Shown here piece by piece: positions 1 to 13,600 of a stretch of DNA of 64,000 nucleotides; positions within the stretch are counted from its first letter, which is position 1; each line of letters begins with the position of its first letter. Source of the DNA: the human T2T-CHM13v2.0 reference genome, Homo sapiens; NCBI GenBank assembly GCA_009914755.4, contig CP086569.2, positions 7,968,001-8,032,000 on the forward strand, in the 5' to 3' direction. Made by a program: the position numbers and the translations under genes. Under the pieces are notes generated by a model. That model saw nothing but the letters and a program-made list of their open reading frames with translations, was not told the DNA's origin and did not search any database.

Positions 1-1078
1 TGTCATTCTTACACAAGAACATGGCCTACAAGTAGGGTACTAAATTTCACACAAAAGAGCAGTCAAAGGTTGAAATTTTTCCCCTCATACACGGTTCAAC
101 CCCATGGGTAGTGTGGTGATGCAATATTCAGCCCAACTGTGAGATTGTGACTTTCCTACTGGAACATAATCTTCAAGTGGAACTGGACAACTTATGCATG
201 GATCCTGTTAAGACTGTGAGTCCTCAGCTTTGACTCAACTCACAGGAGATGTTGACTCACATGCACAAAGCCAGGACTTGTGTAGGGCTGTGGAACTTAT
301 TTCTGAATATTTCCAAGTGTGTGATTAGAATGTAGAAGTTAGCCCAGCTCCTGAATAATTTGACTCTCCTTTTTAGGCCATGACCACAGATAAAATTGTG
401 ACATATGTGGACAGTACACCTAAGCAAAGCTTCCTGGGCCTGACTACCAAGGATACTTTTACATATCATTGGGACTAGCATCAAGGTGAGGTGAATTCTT
501 TGTCTTTTCCCTGCCTACAAAAGGCATTGTGGCTTACAGTTAAGTCCATCATATAAGTTCATATAAGTGATGTCACTCCCTTCTAGTGCCTTGGCCCTGC
601 TATTTCAGTTCATTGTGACACATAACTGGGTACTGCACCCAGGTGATATGACTCTCTGTTTAGGGTTCTGCCAGCAGGAAGCTTTGTAACATATCACTTA
701 GCTCAGCACCTAGCTAATGCTTCTTCTCTCTTGCCTTGCTGTGATCAGAGGGGAGACTGTTTCATATTGCTAACCCTAGTGCTGAAGTCATGTCACTTTC
801 ATACCGTGGTTCTGAACATAGTGAACATTGTGACATGTCTAGGCCAATTCCTTAGGTAAAGTGAGTCTCCTCATCCTCTTAAGATTTGCTCACAGGGGGA
901 ATTTTGATTTATCACTAAAACCAGTATCCAGCTGATGTGAGTCTTATTCCAGGGTCCTGCCCACAAGAAAGATTGTGACATCTCACTGGACCAGCACCCA
1001 CCCAAATGATGTGACATTTCTGTTTGTTCTCTGCCCACAGGTCATATTGTGCCATATACCTAACACCACTTAAGATGA

Positions 1079-1409
<331 letters not shown>

Positions 1410-4400
1410 TAATCATGACTTTTAAACCTGGATCCTGGTCATATGCAAGATGGAAACTCCCATTCCTGGAACTTTCCACCAGTGTTATTGTGACATATAC
1501 CTTTGCCCGGCTCCTGAGTGATTTAATAATACTGCCTAATTGTAGCCCTCAAATTCGATTTAGACATATAGTTCATGTGATCACCTTTATGATTTCACTC
1601 TCCTGTTTTAACAATATCTTGCAGAAGGATTGTAACAGATTTCTGGACCCAACATCTAGTTACCTGACACTCCTCTCTTACCTGGACCCTGCTTCCACTA
1701 TGGATTGTAGCATTTCTAAGCACTACCTCCAAATTATATGAATCTCTTGCCTGGTCCTTTCAAGAGGAGACCTTGTGACATATCTCTGGGCTTACCATTT
1801 AGGTGATATGAGTCTCCTCTTCTGCCTGGACACTGCCTACAAGGGGTATTGTGTTATACATGTTGATGTAACCCCTGAGTTATGCAACTTTTCTGCCCAG
1901 AACATGCCTACAAGGAGAATATTGGAAAATTTCTGGCTCAGTATTTAGGTGACTTGTCTGTCATGCCTGTTTCATTACCACAGACTGAATTGTGATATAT
2001 ACCCAAGCACAGCTCACAGGCATGATAATGACTTTCTTATGTGGATCCCACAAATAGAAGTAATTTTGACTCTCATAACTTGCTTTAGAGACATGAGTGA
2101 TTAAATCTCTATCTGGCACCAAAAAAAAAAAAAAAAAACAAACAAAAGGTCAAAGAAGATTATAATGGCCTCACATATTTTATAAAGCCTTTGGCTTGTA
2201 CAGAGTGTCATAACAGAACCCAGCAGAGAGGTGAAATTGTGAGTCTCAAATGCACACCCAGCTGTCACTAAGGTCTAATCACCATCTCACCTATATGAAG
2301 CTAACTGTCACTAATGAAAACAGCACACACGTGATACTGTACACCTCATCAGGGGAATTTTCTGATAGTGTTATTGTGATATAAATCTTTGTTGAGCACC
2401 TGTGTGATTTAATTCTCCATAATTGTTCCAGCCCACATATGTTATTGTCATATCTACCTGGGCCAAACTCTACATGATGTGACTCTCCTGCCTAGGCCCT
2501 GCTCTCAGTAAGAATCATGACTTATTACTACATCCAGCACCTAGGTCATGTTACATCTTTGCCTTAGCCATGCCCAAAGATATTGTTGTGACATATTACC
2601 GTGTCAAATACTTAGGTGATATAACTCTCCTAATTAGAATAAACCCTGCACACATGGGGGATAGTGACATGGTACAGCCAGGCACACAGGTAACAGTACT
2701 CTTGTTAGAGCCATGTCCCAAAGAAAGAATTGTGACAAATCTCTGGGCTGATCACTTAGATTATGTTGCTCTCCTGCTTGGCTCCTGCTTTCCTGAATAG
2801 TGACATATTGCTACACTAGGCCTACAAGTGTTGGTACTCTTTTGCCAGGGTCATGCCTCAAGGAGAATAGGAGAATGTTGTGACATATCTCTGTGCCTAT
2901 CACTTAGGAAATGCTTCAGCATGGCCCACAAAGAGAATTGTGACATAAAGGTAGAATCTACACCTATTTGTTGTAACTCTCTTGTCTGAGTCTTGTCCTA
3001 AGGGAATCTTGTAACGCATCTCAGGAACCAGGATCAAGGTGGTGTGACTCTTCTGCGTGGCTTCACCTCACGTTAGATTTTGTCATATAGCTAGGGAAGC
3101 ACCTATGTGATATGACTCCTCTTCTGCCTGAGCCTTGCTTATTTGGGACATTGGGCCTTATATCTAAGCCAGTATCCTAAGTGATGTAATTCTATTCTTC
3201 TGCCTGAGCCTTTACAATTGGGTGATGTGACATATTGCTAAGCCCAATACTTAGGTTATATGACTCTTCTTTTTTTCCCAAAACATGCCCATGAAAAGGA
3301 ATTTTGACATATTGCATGGCCCAGCACCCAAGTGATGTTCCTCTTCTGCCTGGATCCTGCATAAAAAGAGAGTTATGGCATATTGCTGTGCCCCCCACCA
3401 TGATGCTGTAACCCTCTCCTCTTGCCAGTGCCAGAGCAACAGAAAGTAATTTTACATATCTTGGGCACACCCAGTAGGAATTTTGCTTTCATCATTTGAC
3501 TGTTTTTTTTTTGTTGTTGTTAGTTTGTTTTTAGGTGGGGGGATTGTGTCATATTGCTGAGCCCAGCACCTAGTTAATATAACCCTCATTTCTAGACCCT
3601 ACCTAGAGAATGCATTGTGATCTATTGCTTGGGACAGCACCTCAGTTGTGCTACCCTCTTGACAAGTTTTTTTTCCCCTACAAATGGGATTATGAAATTT
3701 ACATTGATCCAATTCAGAGGCATGTTGATCAAACTTAAACTGGGATTCCACCAATAGTAGGTATTTGCCTATCATCTCTACACTTAGGGTAATAAATTTA
3801 AAATTGTGAGTTGCATATTTGTAGAAAGCTCACAGCAGCTTAGAACACCAACTCATATTATAAAAACTGCTTGGGTGGTACACAGAGTTTTATAACAGGG
3901 CCTAGCAAGAGGTTAAGATTATGACTCTTGATTAGATGTGCAGGTGAGTGCAAATGTTTTCAGCATCCCATATTTACAAAGCCAAATGTTGAAGTCCTGA
4001 GCATAACAAGTAAATAAAGTACAAAATTGAAATTTTGACTTTCATATGTGGTTCTTGTTGTAGGTGAGATGGTGACTATTTTCTGGACCCAGATCACAGG
4101 CATAATAATGGGTCTCCTATCTGAACCCAGACTATTAGACAGATGTTGACAATCATAACCGGGTTTAGGCAATATGTAAGATTGTGAGTGAATATGAGCA
4201 TGTAAGCCCCAGAGTGGTTTGTAACTATCATGTATGTTGCATAAACACTCTGAATGTTGTAGAGTGTGTCATAAAATGACGCAGAACACATGTAAGGTTG
4301 TGACTGTAGTATACACACCAAACTAACAGTTAAAGGTGTAACCTAAAAGATGAAGAGATTGTGTCATATTTCTAGGCCTTGCACCCAGGTGTTAAGAATT

Positions 4401-4434
4401 CTGACTTAAATTCTTTACCATGGGTGCATTGTGA

Positions 4435-4690
4435 AATATCACTGTGTGTGTGTGTTTACTATGTATTATATATATGTATTTTATATTTACATATATATGT
4501 ATTATAATATTATATATGTATATGTATTATATATACATATTATATATGTATATGTATTATATATTATATGTATACTATATATACACACTTGTAGTGTATA
4601 TATGTAATATACATACATGTAGTGTGTATATATATACATACACAATGTATGTATGTATATCTATACATACAATGTATACTATAGCTGAGT
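4435..4690. repeat. TA/TG-rich compound microsatellite, (TATATG)n/(TATACA)n-like
   Basis: tgtgtgtgtgtg followed by ~240 bp of tatatgta/atacat units. Absent from the paralogous positions of other higher-order copies (e.g. ~11700, ~13560). Confidence 0.85.
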
Positions 4691-7600
4691 TAGAATCATC
4701 ATAAGATGACTCTTTTGCTTGGAGTCAGACAACAGGAGATATTATCACATATCTCTGGGCCTATCAGGTAGGTGGTGTGTCTCTCCTGCCAGGGCCCTGC
4801 CCACAGGGGACACTGTGACATATCGCTGAATATAGCATATAGGTAATGTGGCTCTGCTCTCTGCCTTGATACTGCCCACTGAATAATTTGTGACATACCA
4901 CCGAATGCAAAACCTAGGTGATGTGACTCTTCTCTTTGTCCTGGTCTCTATCCAGAAAGGGAATTATAACATATTGCTGTGCCCAACACCTAGGGTGTGT
5001 AACAATCCACTATTTTTTCAACCTTGTATACAGTGGGCATTATGACAAATTATTTGAGACTGTACCAAGGTAATATGACTCTTCTGCCTAGGTCATGCCT
5101 ACGAAAGAGATATAAGTATCCCTGGCTCAGCACCCAGATGATATGACTCTGCTGTCTTGTCTCTATGTGTAGGCAAAATTTTGGCATATACTGGATTCAT
5201 CTCAAATACACAATAATAACTCTCATACCCAGACCTAGTCAGAGAAGATATTTTGACTCTCCTAGCCAGTCTTGTGGTCATGGGTAAAGTCCTAGATCTC
5301 CCACCTGTAAGAATTCACAGAAAAGTATTCTACTCAGACATATCATGTAAAGCCTGGGTTGTACAAAGTATGTCAATACAGTCACCAGCAACCAAGTGCT
5401 ATTGTGACTCTTGGATGCATAACTAGCTGAAATGACTGTCATTTTCACACATGATCAGAGCCTACGAATAAGGTAGAAAATCTCACACACATAAGCACTT
5501 TTACTTACACACCTGAATCTGATACAAAGCGGTTTGGTGATGGTTTAATCATTAATCTGAAGACCTGTGGTGTTTTGACTTTCCTACTGGAACACAATCT
5601 TTAAGTAGGATTGGGACTCTTATACATGGATCTTGCCCATTGTGGAGATTGTGACTCCAGTACTTTGACCCAACTCATAGGAGGTGTTGACTTTCATAAC
5701 CAAAGCTAGCACTTGTGTGGGACTGTGAAGTTTATTTCTGAACATTTTTGAGTACATTATTGAGAAGCATGATTTTGCCCAGGATCTGAGTGTTTGATTC
5801 TCCTTTCTAGGCCCAGAGCACTGTTGAAATTGTGACATACATGCACCAAGCACCTAAGCAACGTATAACACTTTTTTGACAATGAGACAAAGGGCAGTTT
5901 TATATATAACTGGGGCCAGCACCTAGCTGACATAAAACCTTGGACTGAACCCTGCCAACAAAGATCATTGAGGTTTTTATCTAGGTCCATCACGTAAGTG
6001 ATGTGACTTCATGCTACTGCCTTGACCATGCACTAATGGTGCATTGTGCCACTTAACTGGGTACTACACCCAGGTGACCTGACTCTATTTCTGAAGGAGT
6101 TCTTCCAATAGGAAGCTTGGTAAATTACCACTTGTCTCAGCACCTCGGTGATGTTTCTTCTCTCTAGCCTGTGCCTTGAAGACCAGAGAGATTGTGTCTT
6201 ATTGCTGAACTTAGCACCAAGGTGAGGTCACTCTCCTGCCTTGGTCCTTCATATAGAGGGCATTGTGACATATATCCAGCCCACTTACTTGTGTGATATT
6301 CACCTTCTCTTGTGCCTAAGCTCTGCCCACAGTTGGGAGGACTTAGATATATCACTGAAATCAGCATCCAGGTGATATGACCTTTCTTCCAGAGTCTTTC
6401 CCACAAGGAGGATTGTGACATTTCATTGGACCAGTACACAATCAGGTGATTGTTTTCTTTATTCTCTCTGTCCACAGGTGATATTTTGCCATATATGTGA
6501 GACCAGATCAAAGGCCTATTAATGACTATTGTACCTGCAGCCAGGACCTGTGTAGGATCATGAGTCTCATAGCTGAATCTTGCCATAAGTGTAATTGTGA
6601 AATACACTTTGCCCAGGACCTGAGTGATTTAATGATCCTCAGGTCCTCAATACACCTTGGCCAAAGAAACTTGGTGATTTGCATCTCATGTCTTAACAGT
6701 GCCATCAGAAGAGATCATAACATACCATTGGATATAGAAACATTGGGAAATATCACTGAGCCCATGACCTAAGTGTTGTGACTCTCGTTTTCTGCCTGGG
6801 TTTTCACTATAGGAGATTTTGACACATTGCTGAGCCCAACAGTCAGGATATGTGACTCTCCTCTTTTTCCTGAACCGTGCCCACAAAAAAAGGTATTGTG
6901 ACTTATTGCAGGACCCATAACCCAGATGATGCTACTCTTCTGCCTGAGTTATGCATAAAGAGGAAATTATGGCATATTGCCTATTGCTGGGCCCAGAACC
7001 CTTACAATGTGTGTCTCCTGCCTGTGGTGGAGCCACTGAAGGTACTTTGACACATCTTGGGTCCATTTGGTAGGTGTTTTGGCTCACATAACTTGGCTGA
7101 GTTTTTTCCACATGTGAAATGGTGTATTTCTGGGTCCAGCACCCAGGTAATGTGATCCAATTTCATATGCCCTGCCTAGAGAAGGAAATGTGACATATTG
7201 GTTTGCACAGCATCTAAGTGATGTTACCCTCCTGTCTAATTTTTTGACCCCAATGGGATTATATCATATACCTTGATTCAGTCCACAGGCATGATTATTA
7301 TACTTATACTGGGATTCTGCCAATAGGAGATATTCCCTCTCATTGTTAAAACAATAAGTAAGTTTCTAGATATAAAATAATAGGTAAGTTCCTGTGTTGC
7401 ATATTGATAGGAACCTCACAGAATCTTACAACACTAACTTATATTGTATAAACTCTTTGCGGTAGAGAGTTTCATAAAAGGGGCCAGCAAAAATTTCAGA
7501 TTGAGACTCTCGGTTACACATCCAGTTGAAGTTAAAAGTAGTCACCATCACACATTTACAGTGCATGCTGTTGAGGTTCTGATTCTAACAAGGCGATACA

Positions 7601-10600
7601 GCACAAAGTAGGAATTGTAACTTTTGCATGTGGATTAGGCCACAGGCGGGATGGCTGCTCATTTCTGAACCCAGATCACAGACATAATAATAAGTGTTCC
7701 CTTTTAACCCTGCCTATAGGAGAGATATCATCTATCAAACGTGGGCAATATTTATGATTTTGAGTCCCCATGAGCATAAACACCTCAGAGAGGTTTGCAA
7801 CTCTCAATGAGGTTTCATAAAGCCCCAGATGCCTTACAAAGTATCATGCATTGGCCCAGCATACACGTGAGATTCAGACTCTAATATACATCCTCAGCTA
7901 AAGTTAAAGGTATCATCATACAAGATGAGGAGATTGTGTCATATCACTGGGCCTAGTTCTCAGGTTTTGACACTTTTTGGCTAAAATTCTTTTCCTTAGG
8001 AGCACTGTTGCAACTTGCTGTGTCAGAATTATAAGAATGTGACTCTTCTGCTTGGACCTAGACAACAGGGGATATTATCACTTATCTCTGGGACTATAAG
8101 CTAGGTGATATGTCTCTCCTGCTAGTGCCTTGCCCACAGGAGACACTGTGACATATCGCCAGATATAGCAGCTAGGTTATATGACTCTCCTCTCCTGCCT
8201 GAACCCTGCCCACTAAAGAAAGAGTGACATACAACTGAATGCAAAACCTAGGTTATGTGACTCTCCTCTTTGTCCAGGACACTGCCAAGAGATAGAATTA
8301 TAATCTATTGCTGAGTGCACAACCTAGGGGTTGTGACAATCCACTGTTTTTTCCACCTTGTACACAGTAGGCATTATGACATATTATTTGAGACTGTACC
8401 CTTTTTTTGACTTCTTTGACTTGGTCCTGCCTACAAAGGAGATTATAATGTATTCCTGTCTCAGGACTCAGAAGATATCGCTTTTCTGATTGTCTCTGTC
8501 CAAAGGTGAATTTGTCACATATAACTTGATTAAGCTCATATGCAAAATAATAACTCTCATACCTAGACCCAGCCAGGGAAGATATTTTGACTCTCATAGC
8601 CAGACTTAAGAACATGGATAAAATCCTTAATTTCCCATCTGTAAGAATTCACAGAAAAGTATGCAACTCAGATATATCATGCAAACCCTGTGTCGTACAT
8701 ACAGTGTCACAACGGACAATAGCAACCAGGTGCTATTGTGACTCTTGGATGCACATTCAGCTGACATAATTGTCATTCTCACACATTAACAGAGCCTACC
8801 AATGAGGCACTAGATCTTACACAGATAGGCACTTTGAAGCTTGTAATTGTTACTCTCATACATGAAACTGACCTACAGGTGGTTTTTTTGACGTTTGAAC
8901 AATGGCTCAGCAGACGTGTAGTGCTTTGACTCTCTTACTGGAATATAATCTTCAAGTATGAATGGAGCTTTTATAAATGGACCTTGCCCATTGATGACAT
9001 AGTGACTCCTTGTACTTCGACCCAACTCATGGGAGATGTTCACTGTTACATCCAAAGGCCGAACTTGTGTGGAACTGTCAAATATATTTCTGAACATTTT
9101 TGAGCGTGTGATTGAGCAGTGTGACTTTGCCCAGCATCTGAGTGTATGACTCTCCTTTCTAGGCCCAGAGCACAGTTGAAATTGTGTCATACATGCACCA
9201 AGCATCTGAGCAATCTATAACACGCGTTTGGCAATGTAATATAGAAAAATTTACAAATCAATGAGACCAGCACCCAAGTTTTGTGACATTTCTCTTATAT
9301 CACTACCTACAAAGAGAATATTGGAATATTTCTGGCTGAAGATTTAGTTGATATGGTTGTCCTGGCATGATATTTCTAGTCATATATGGACCCAGCCAAT
9401 AGGAGAAATTTTGACTAGTATAACTAGGTTGAGGTACATGAGTAATGTCTGGGGCCTAATTCTGGTAAAAATGTTACAGAAGATTACAACAGTCACACAT
9501 ATTTTATAACATCCTTGGGTTGTATAGACAGTGTCACTATAGGGCCCAGCACAGAGAGGAAATTCTGAGTCTCATATGCACACCCAGCTGACAGTAAGGA
9601 CTTTCACCATCACAGATGGATGAAGACAACTCTCCTACATGAAAACAGAATGTATGTGATCTTTTAAATCTAATCCCCAGAATTTTATTTCACTGTAACT
9701 ATGATATAAATATTTGCCAAGCACCTGTGTGATTTCACTCTTCAGACTGGTTATAGTCTACATATGAGATTTGGGTATCTCCCTGAGACAATCTTGAAGT
9801 GATGAGACTTGTCTGCCCAGACCCTGCTGTCAGTAACAATTGTGACATCACTGGATCCAGCATCAAAGTGTCATTACATTTTGCTTACACCATGCCTAAA
9901 GACATCATTGTGACATATAACTTTGTACATTAGTTAGAAGATGTAACTCTCCTCTCTGAAATAAGTCCTGCACACAGGGCAAAAGAGTGACATATTACTA
10001 GGACAGGCACACAGGTGACAATACTCTTTTGCCAGGGTCATGCCCAAAAGACGGCATTTTGACATATCACAGGTACTATCATGTAGGTGATATGGCTTTT
10101 CTGCTCAGGAGTTGCCTACTTGAATAGTGACATATTGCTAGGACAGGCACAAAGATGGTGGTGTTCTTTTGTCAGGGTCATGCTTTCAGGAAGGCTTTGT
10201 GACATATCTCTCAGCCTATCACTTAAGTGATATGCTTGGCCCTGGTCCTTGGTCCTGCTTGTCCCTGCCCACATGAAGCATTGTGAATAATAGTGGAGCA
10301 TGAACCTAGGTGATGTAACTAACTTCACTAGGTTCTTTTCTAAGGGGGACTGACTTGTGAGTATCTCAGGACACAGGAACAGAAGATGTGGCTCTTCACC
10401 ATGGTTTCTGATCACATATTAAATTGTGACATACACCTAAAGAAGCATCTAGGTGATCTGACTCTTTCTGCCTGAGCTCTGTCTACTGGTGACATTGGGC
10501 CATATCTCTGGCCCAATATGATAGACATAGCATATCTCTGTCTACTGGTGACATAAGTGATGGGACTCTCTTCTTCTGTCTGGACCTTAACAATAGAAAC

Positions 10601-13600
10601 ATTTTGACATATTGATGAACCTAGCACATAGGTAGTTTGACTCTCATCTTCTTGCTCAAAAACACCCAGGAACAGGGATTTTGCAATATTTCAGGGCCCA
10701 GCACCTGGATGATGCTACTTTTCTGCATAAGTCATGCATAAACAGGGAATTGTGGCATATTGCTTGGTCCAGCACCCTAATGACGTGACTCTCCTGCTTG
10801 TGACTGAGCAAAATAAAGTATTTTCAGGTATCTTTAGCCCATTTTATAGGAGCTTTGGCTCTCACCACTTTGCTGGGTTTCTCCCACCTGTGGTTGTATT
10901 ATAATGCTGGCTCCAGCCCCTGGTTAATATGACTCTCTTCCCTAGGCCTTGCCTAGAGAGGACATTGTGACATATTGCTTGGCCTAGCAATATGTTAACC
11001 TTCTGCTTGTTTATTAGCCCACTAATAAGATTATGATGTATACCTTCCTGCAGTTGAAGGGCATGATGATCAATATTATATTGGGATTCTGCCAATAGGA
11101 GATATTTTGCCACTCACCATTAGGTTTTGTTCAGTAAGTTCCTTTATTGCATATTTGTACAAATCTCACAGAAGTTTACAACGCTAACTCATATCATACA
11201 AACTCCTTGGGTGTTACACAGAGTTTCATAACAGGGCCCAGCAAAAAATTAGGATTGTGACCCTTGACTACACAGGTGAAAGTAAAAGTTGTTATCATTC
11301 TACATTTACAAAGCCCATTGTTGATGTCCTGAGTCTAACAAGAGAATATAGCATAAAGTTGGAATCCTGACTTTCATAAGTCAACCTGGCCACAGGTGGA
11401 ATCATGGCTCATTTCTGGACCCAACTCACAGGAATAATAGTGGTCTCATTCTTTAAGCCAGCCTATAGGAGAGATGTTGACTGTCATATGTGGGTTTAGG
11501 ACAATCTGTAAGTTTGCGATTCCATATAAGCATGCAGGCCCCAGAGAGGTTTGCAACTTTCGCACATGTTGTATACAGTTATCAGATGTAGAGTGTCACA
11601 CAATGGCCAGCACATACCTGAGATTGTGACTTTTGCATACAAAACTAGCTAACTGTTAATGGTGTCACCCTTAAAGATGAGGAGATTGAGTCATAATGCC
11701 TTGGCCTAATACCCCGGTGTTAAGAAGTTTGGTATATATATAATTTTTCAATAAGAGCATTGTTACATATCACTGGGTCAAGATCATGATAATGTGACTC
11801 TTCTGCCTGGGTCCTGCAAACAGTATATATTTTCATATGTCTCTGGGTCCCTCAGCTAGCTGATATGGCTCTCCTGCCAGTGCCCTGCCCACAGGGGTCA
11901 TTGTGACATATAGCTAGATATAGCATCTAGGAAATGTGACTCTCCTCTGCTGATTGGATCCTGCCTACTGAAGAAATTGTGACATACTGCTGAGTCCAAA
12001 ACCTAGGTGACATGAGTCTCCTCTTTGTCCTGGATTCTGCCAAGACAGGAAATTATTACATATTGCTGAACCCAGCACCCAGGAGTTGTGATTCTCTCTC
12101 TCTTTTTTTTTCTTTGAAACTGTCCTTATTGGGGATGCTGACATATTGCTTGAATCTCTACCTAGTTTATGTTGCTCTTCTGCTTGGTGTCTGCCCATGT
12201 GTTAGAATGTGATATGTAACTAGGAAAGTCCCTAGGTGATATGAGTCACCTTTTCTGACTGGGCTTTCCTTACTGGGGACAGTGGGATATATACCTATGT
12301 CCATGACCTAAGTGAAGTGACTCTCTTTTTCTGCCTGTTCTTTACAATGAGGGGATTGTGGCATATTGCTGAGTTCATTACTCATGTTATTTGTCTCTAG
12401 TTTTTTTCTACAGCCATGCCCACCAATAGAGTTTTTGACCTATTGCAGGCCTCAGCCACGAGATAATGTTACTCCTTTGCTTGGGTCCAGTGTATAGACT
12501 GAATTATGGCATATTGCTGGGGACAGCAACCTGACAATGTCATTTCAGAGCAGGGCATTATTTCATCTCTCATGCCTGTCCCGTATGCACAGAAGATTTT
12601 TAACATATCCTGGGCTTATTATGTAGGTGTTTTGACTCTCATCCCTTGGCTGGGATTTTGCACATGTGGGATGGTTTCATACTGCTGAATCCAGCACCCA
12701 GCTAATGTGACTCTAATTCCTATACCCTTTCTAGAGAGAACATTGTGACATGCTACTTGACACAGCAGCTAAACAATCTTACCTGCCAACGTAGTTTTTG
12801 CCCACAAATGGGACTATGATATATACTTTACTTCAGTTTGCAGGCATGAGAGTAAAACCTATATTAGTGATATGGTTCTCCTTCATATTCCAGACTCTGA
12901 CAACAGGACTTACTTTGTCTTTCATCGCTAGGCTTAGGGCAACGTCCTGTGTTACATATTTGTATCAAACTCACAGTGCGTTACAATACTAACTCATAAA
13001 GTATAATCTCCTCATGTGGTACAGAGAGTTTTATCATAGAAACCATCAAAAACTTCAGATTGGGTCTCTAGATTATACACCCTGGTAAAAGCAAATGTTG
13101 CTACCATTCCACCTATGCAAATCCCACTGTTACGGTCCTGAGTCTAACAAGTGAATAAAGTACAAAGTTGGAATTGTGACTTTCATATGTCCCACATATG
13201 TCCCACAGGTGGGATGATGACTCATTTCTGGATCCAGCTCACACGCATAATAATGTGTCTCATCCCTAATCCCAGCCTATAGAAGAGATGTTGACCATTA
13301 TACCTGGGTTAGGCCAGTAGTTATGATTTTGAATCCAAATGGGCATACAGGACTCAGAGTGATTTGCAACTCTCATGCATGCTGTATAAAGCCTTCAAAT
13401 GTTGTAGAGTGTCATACAATAGCCCAGGAAAAATGTGAGTTTGTGACTGTCATATACACATCCAGGTCACAGTTAATGGTGTCACCCTCAAAGACCAAAG
13501 GTTTGACATATTCTTAGGCCTTGTACTGAGGTGTTGAGACTTTTTGGCTTAAATATCTTCTCATGGGTTCATTATGACATATTGTTGAGTTATAATAATA

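Noticed and set aside
2118-2148. Possible additional retroelement tail: a 20-nt poly(A) (caccaaaaaaaaaaaaaaaaaacaaacaaaagg)
   Set aside because: No adjacent SINE/LINE body or TSD. Paralogous units have aaaaggtcacagaagattacaa at this position, so this is a local homopolymer expansion within the satellite unit.
6164-6607. Six-frame ORFs of 60-147 aa scattered through the satellite (e.g. 6164..6607, 15867..16256, 30859..31242, 47786..48094, 62127..62438)
   Set aside because: They recur as paralogous, frame-shifted readings of the same monomers. They have no conserved start context and are interrupted differently in each copy. Tandem repeats with few stop codons in one frame routinely produce such ORFs; they are not genes.
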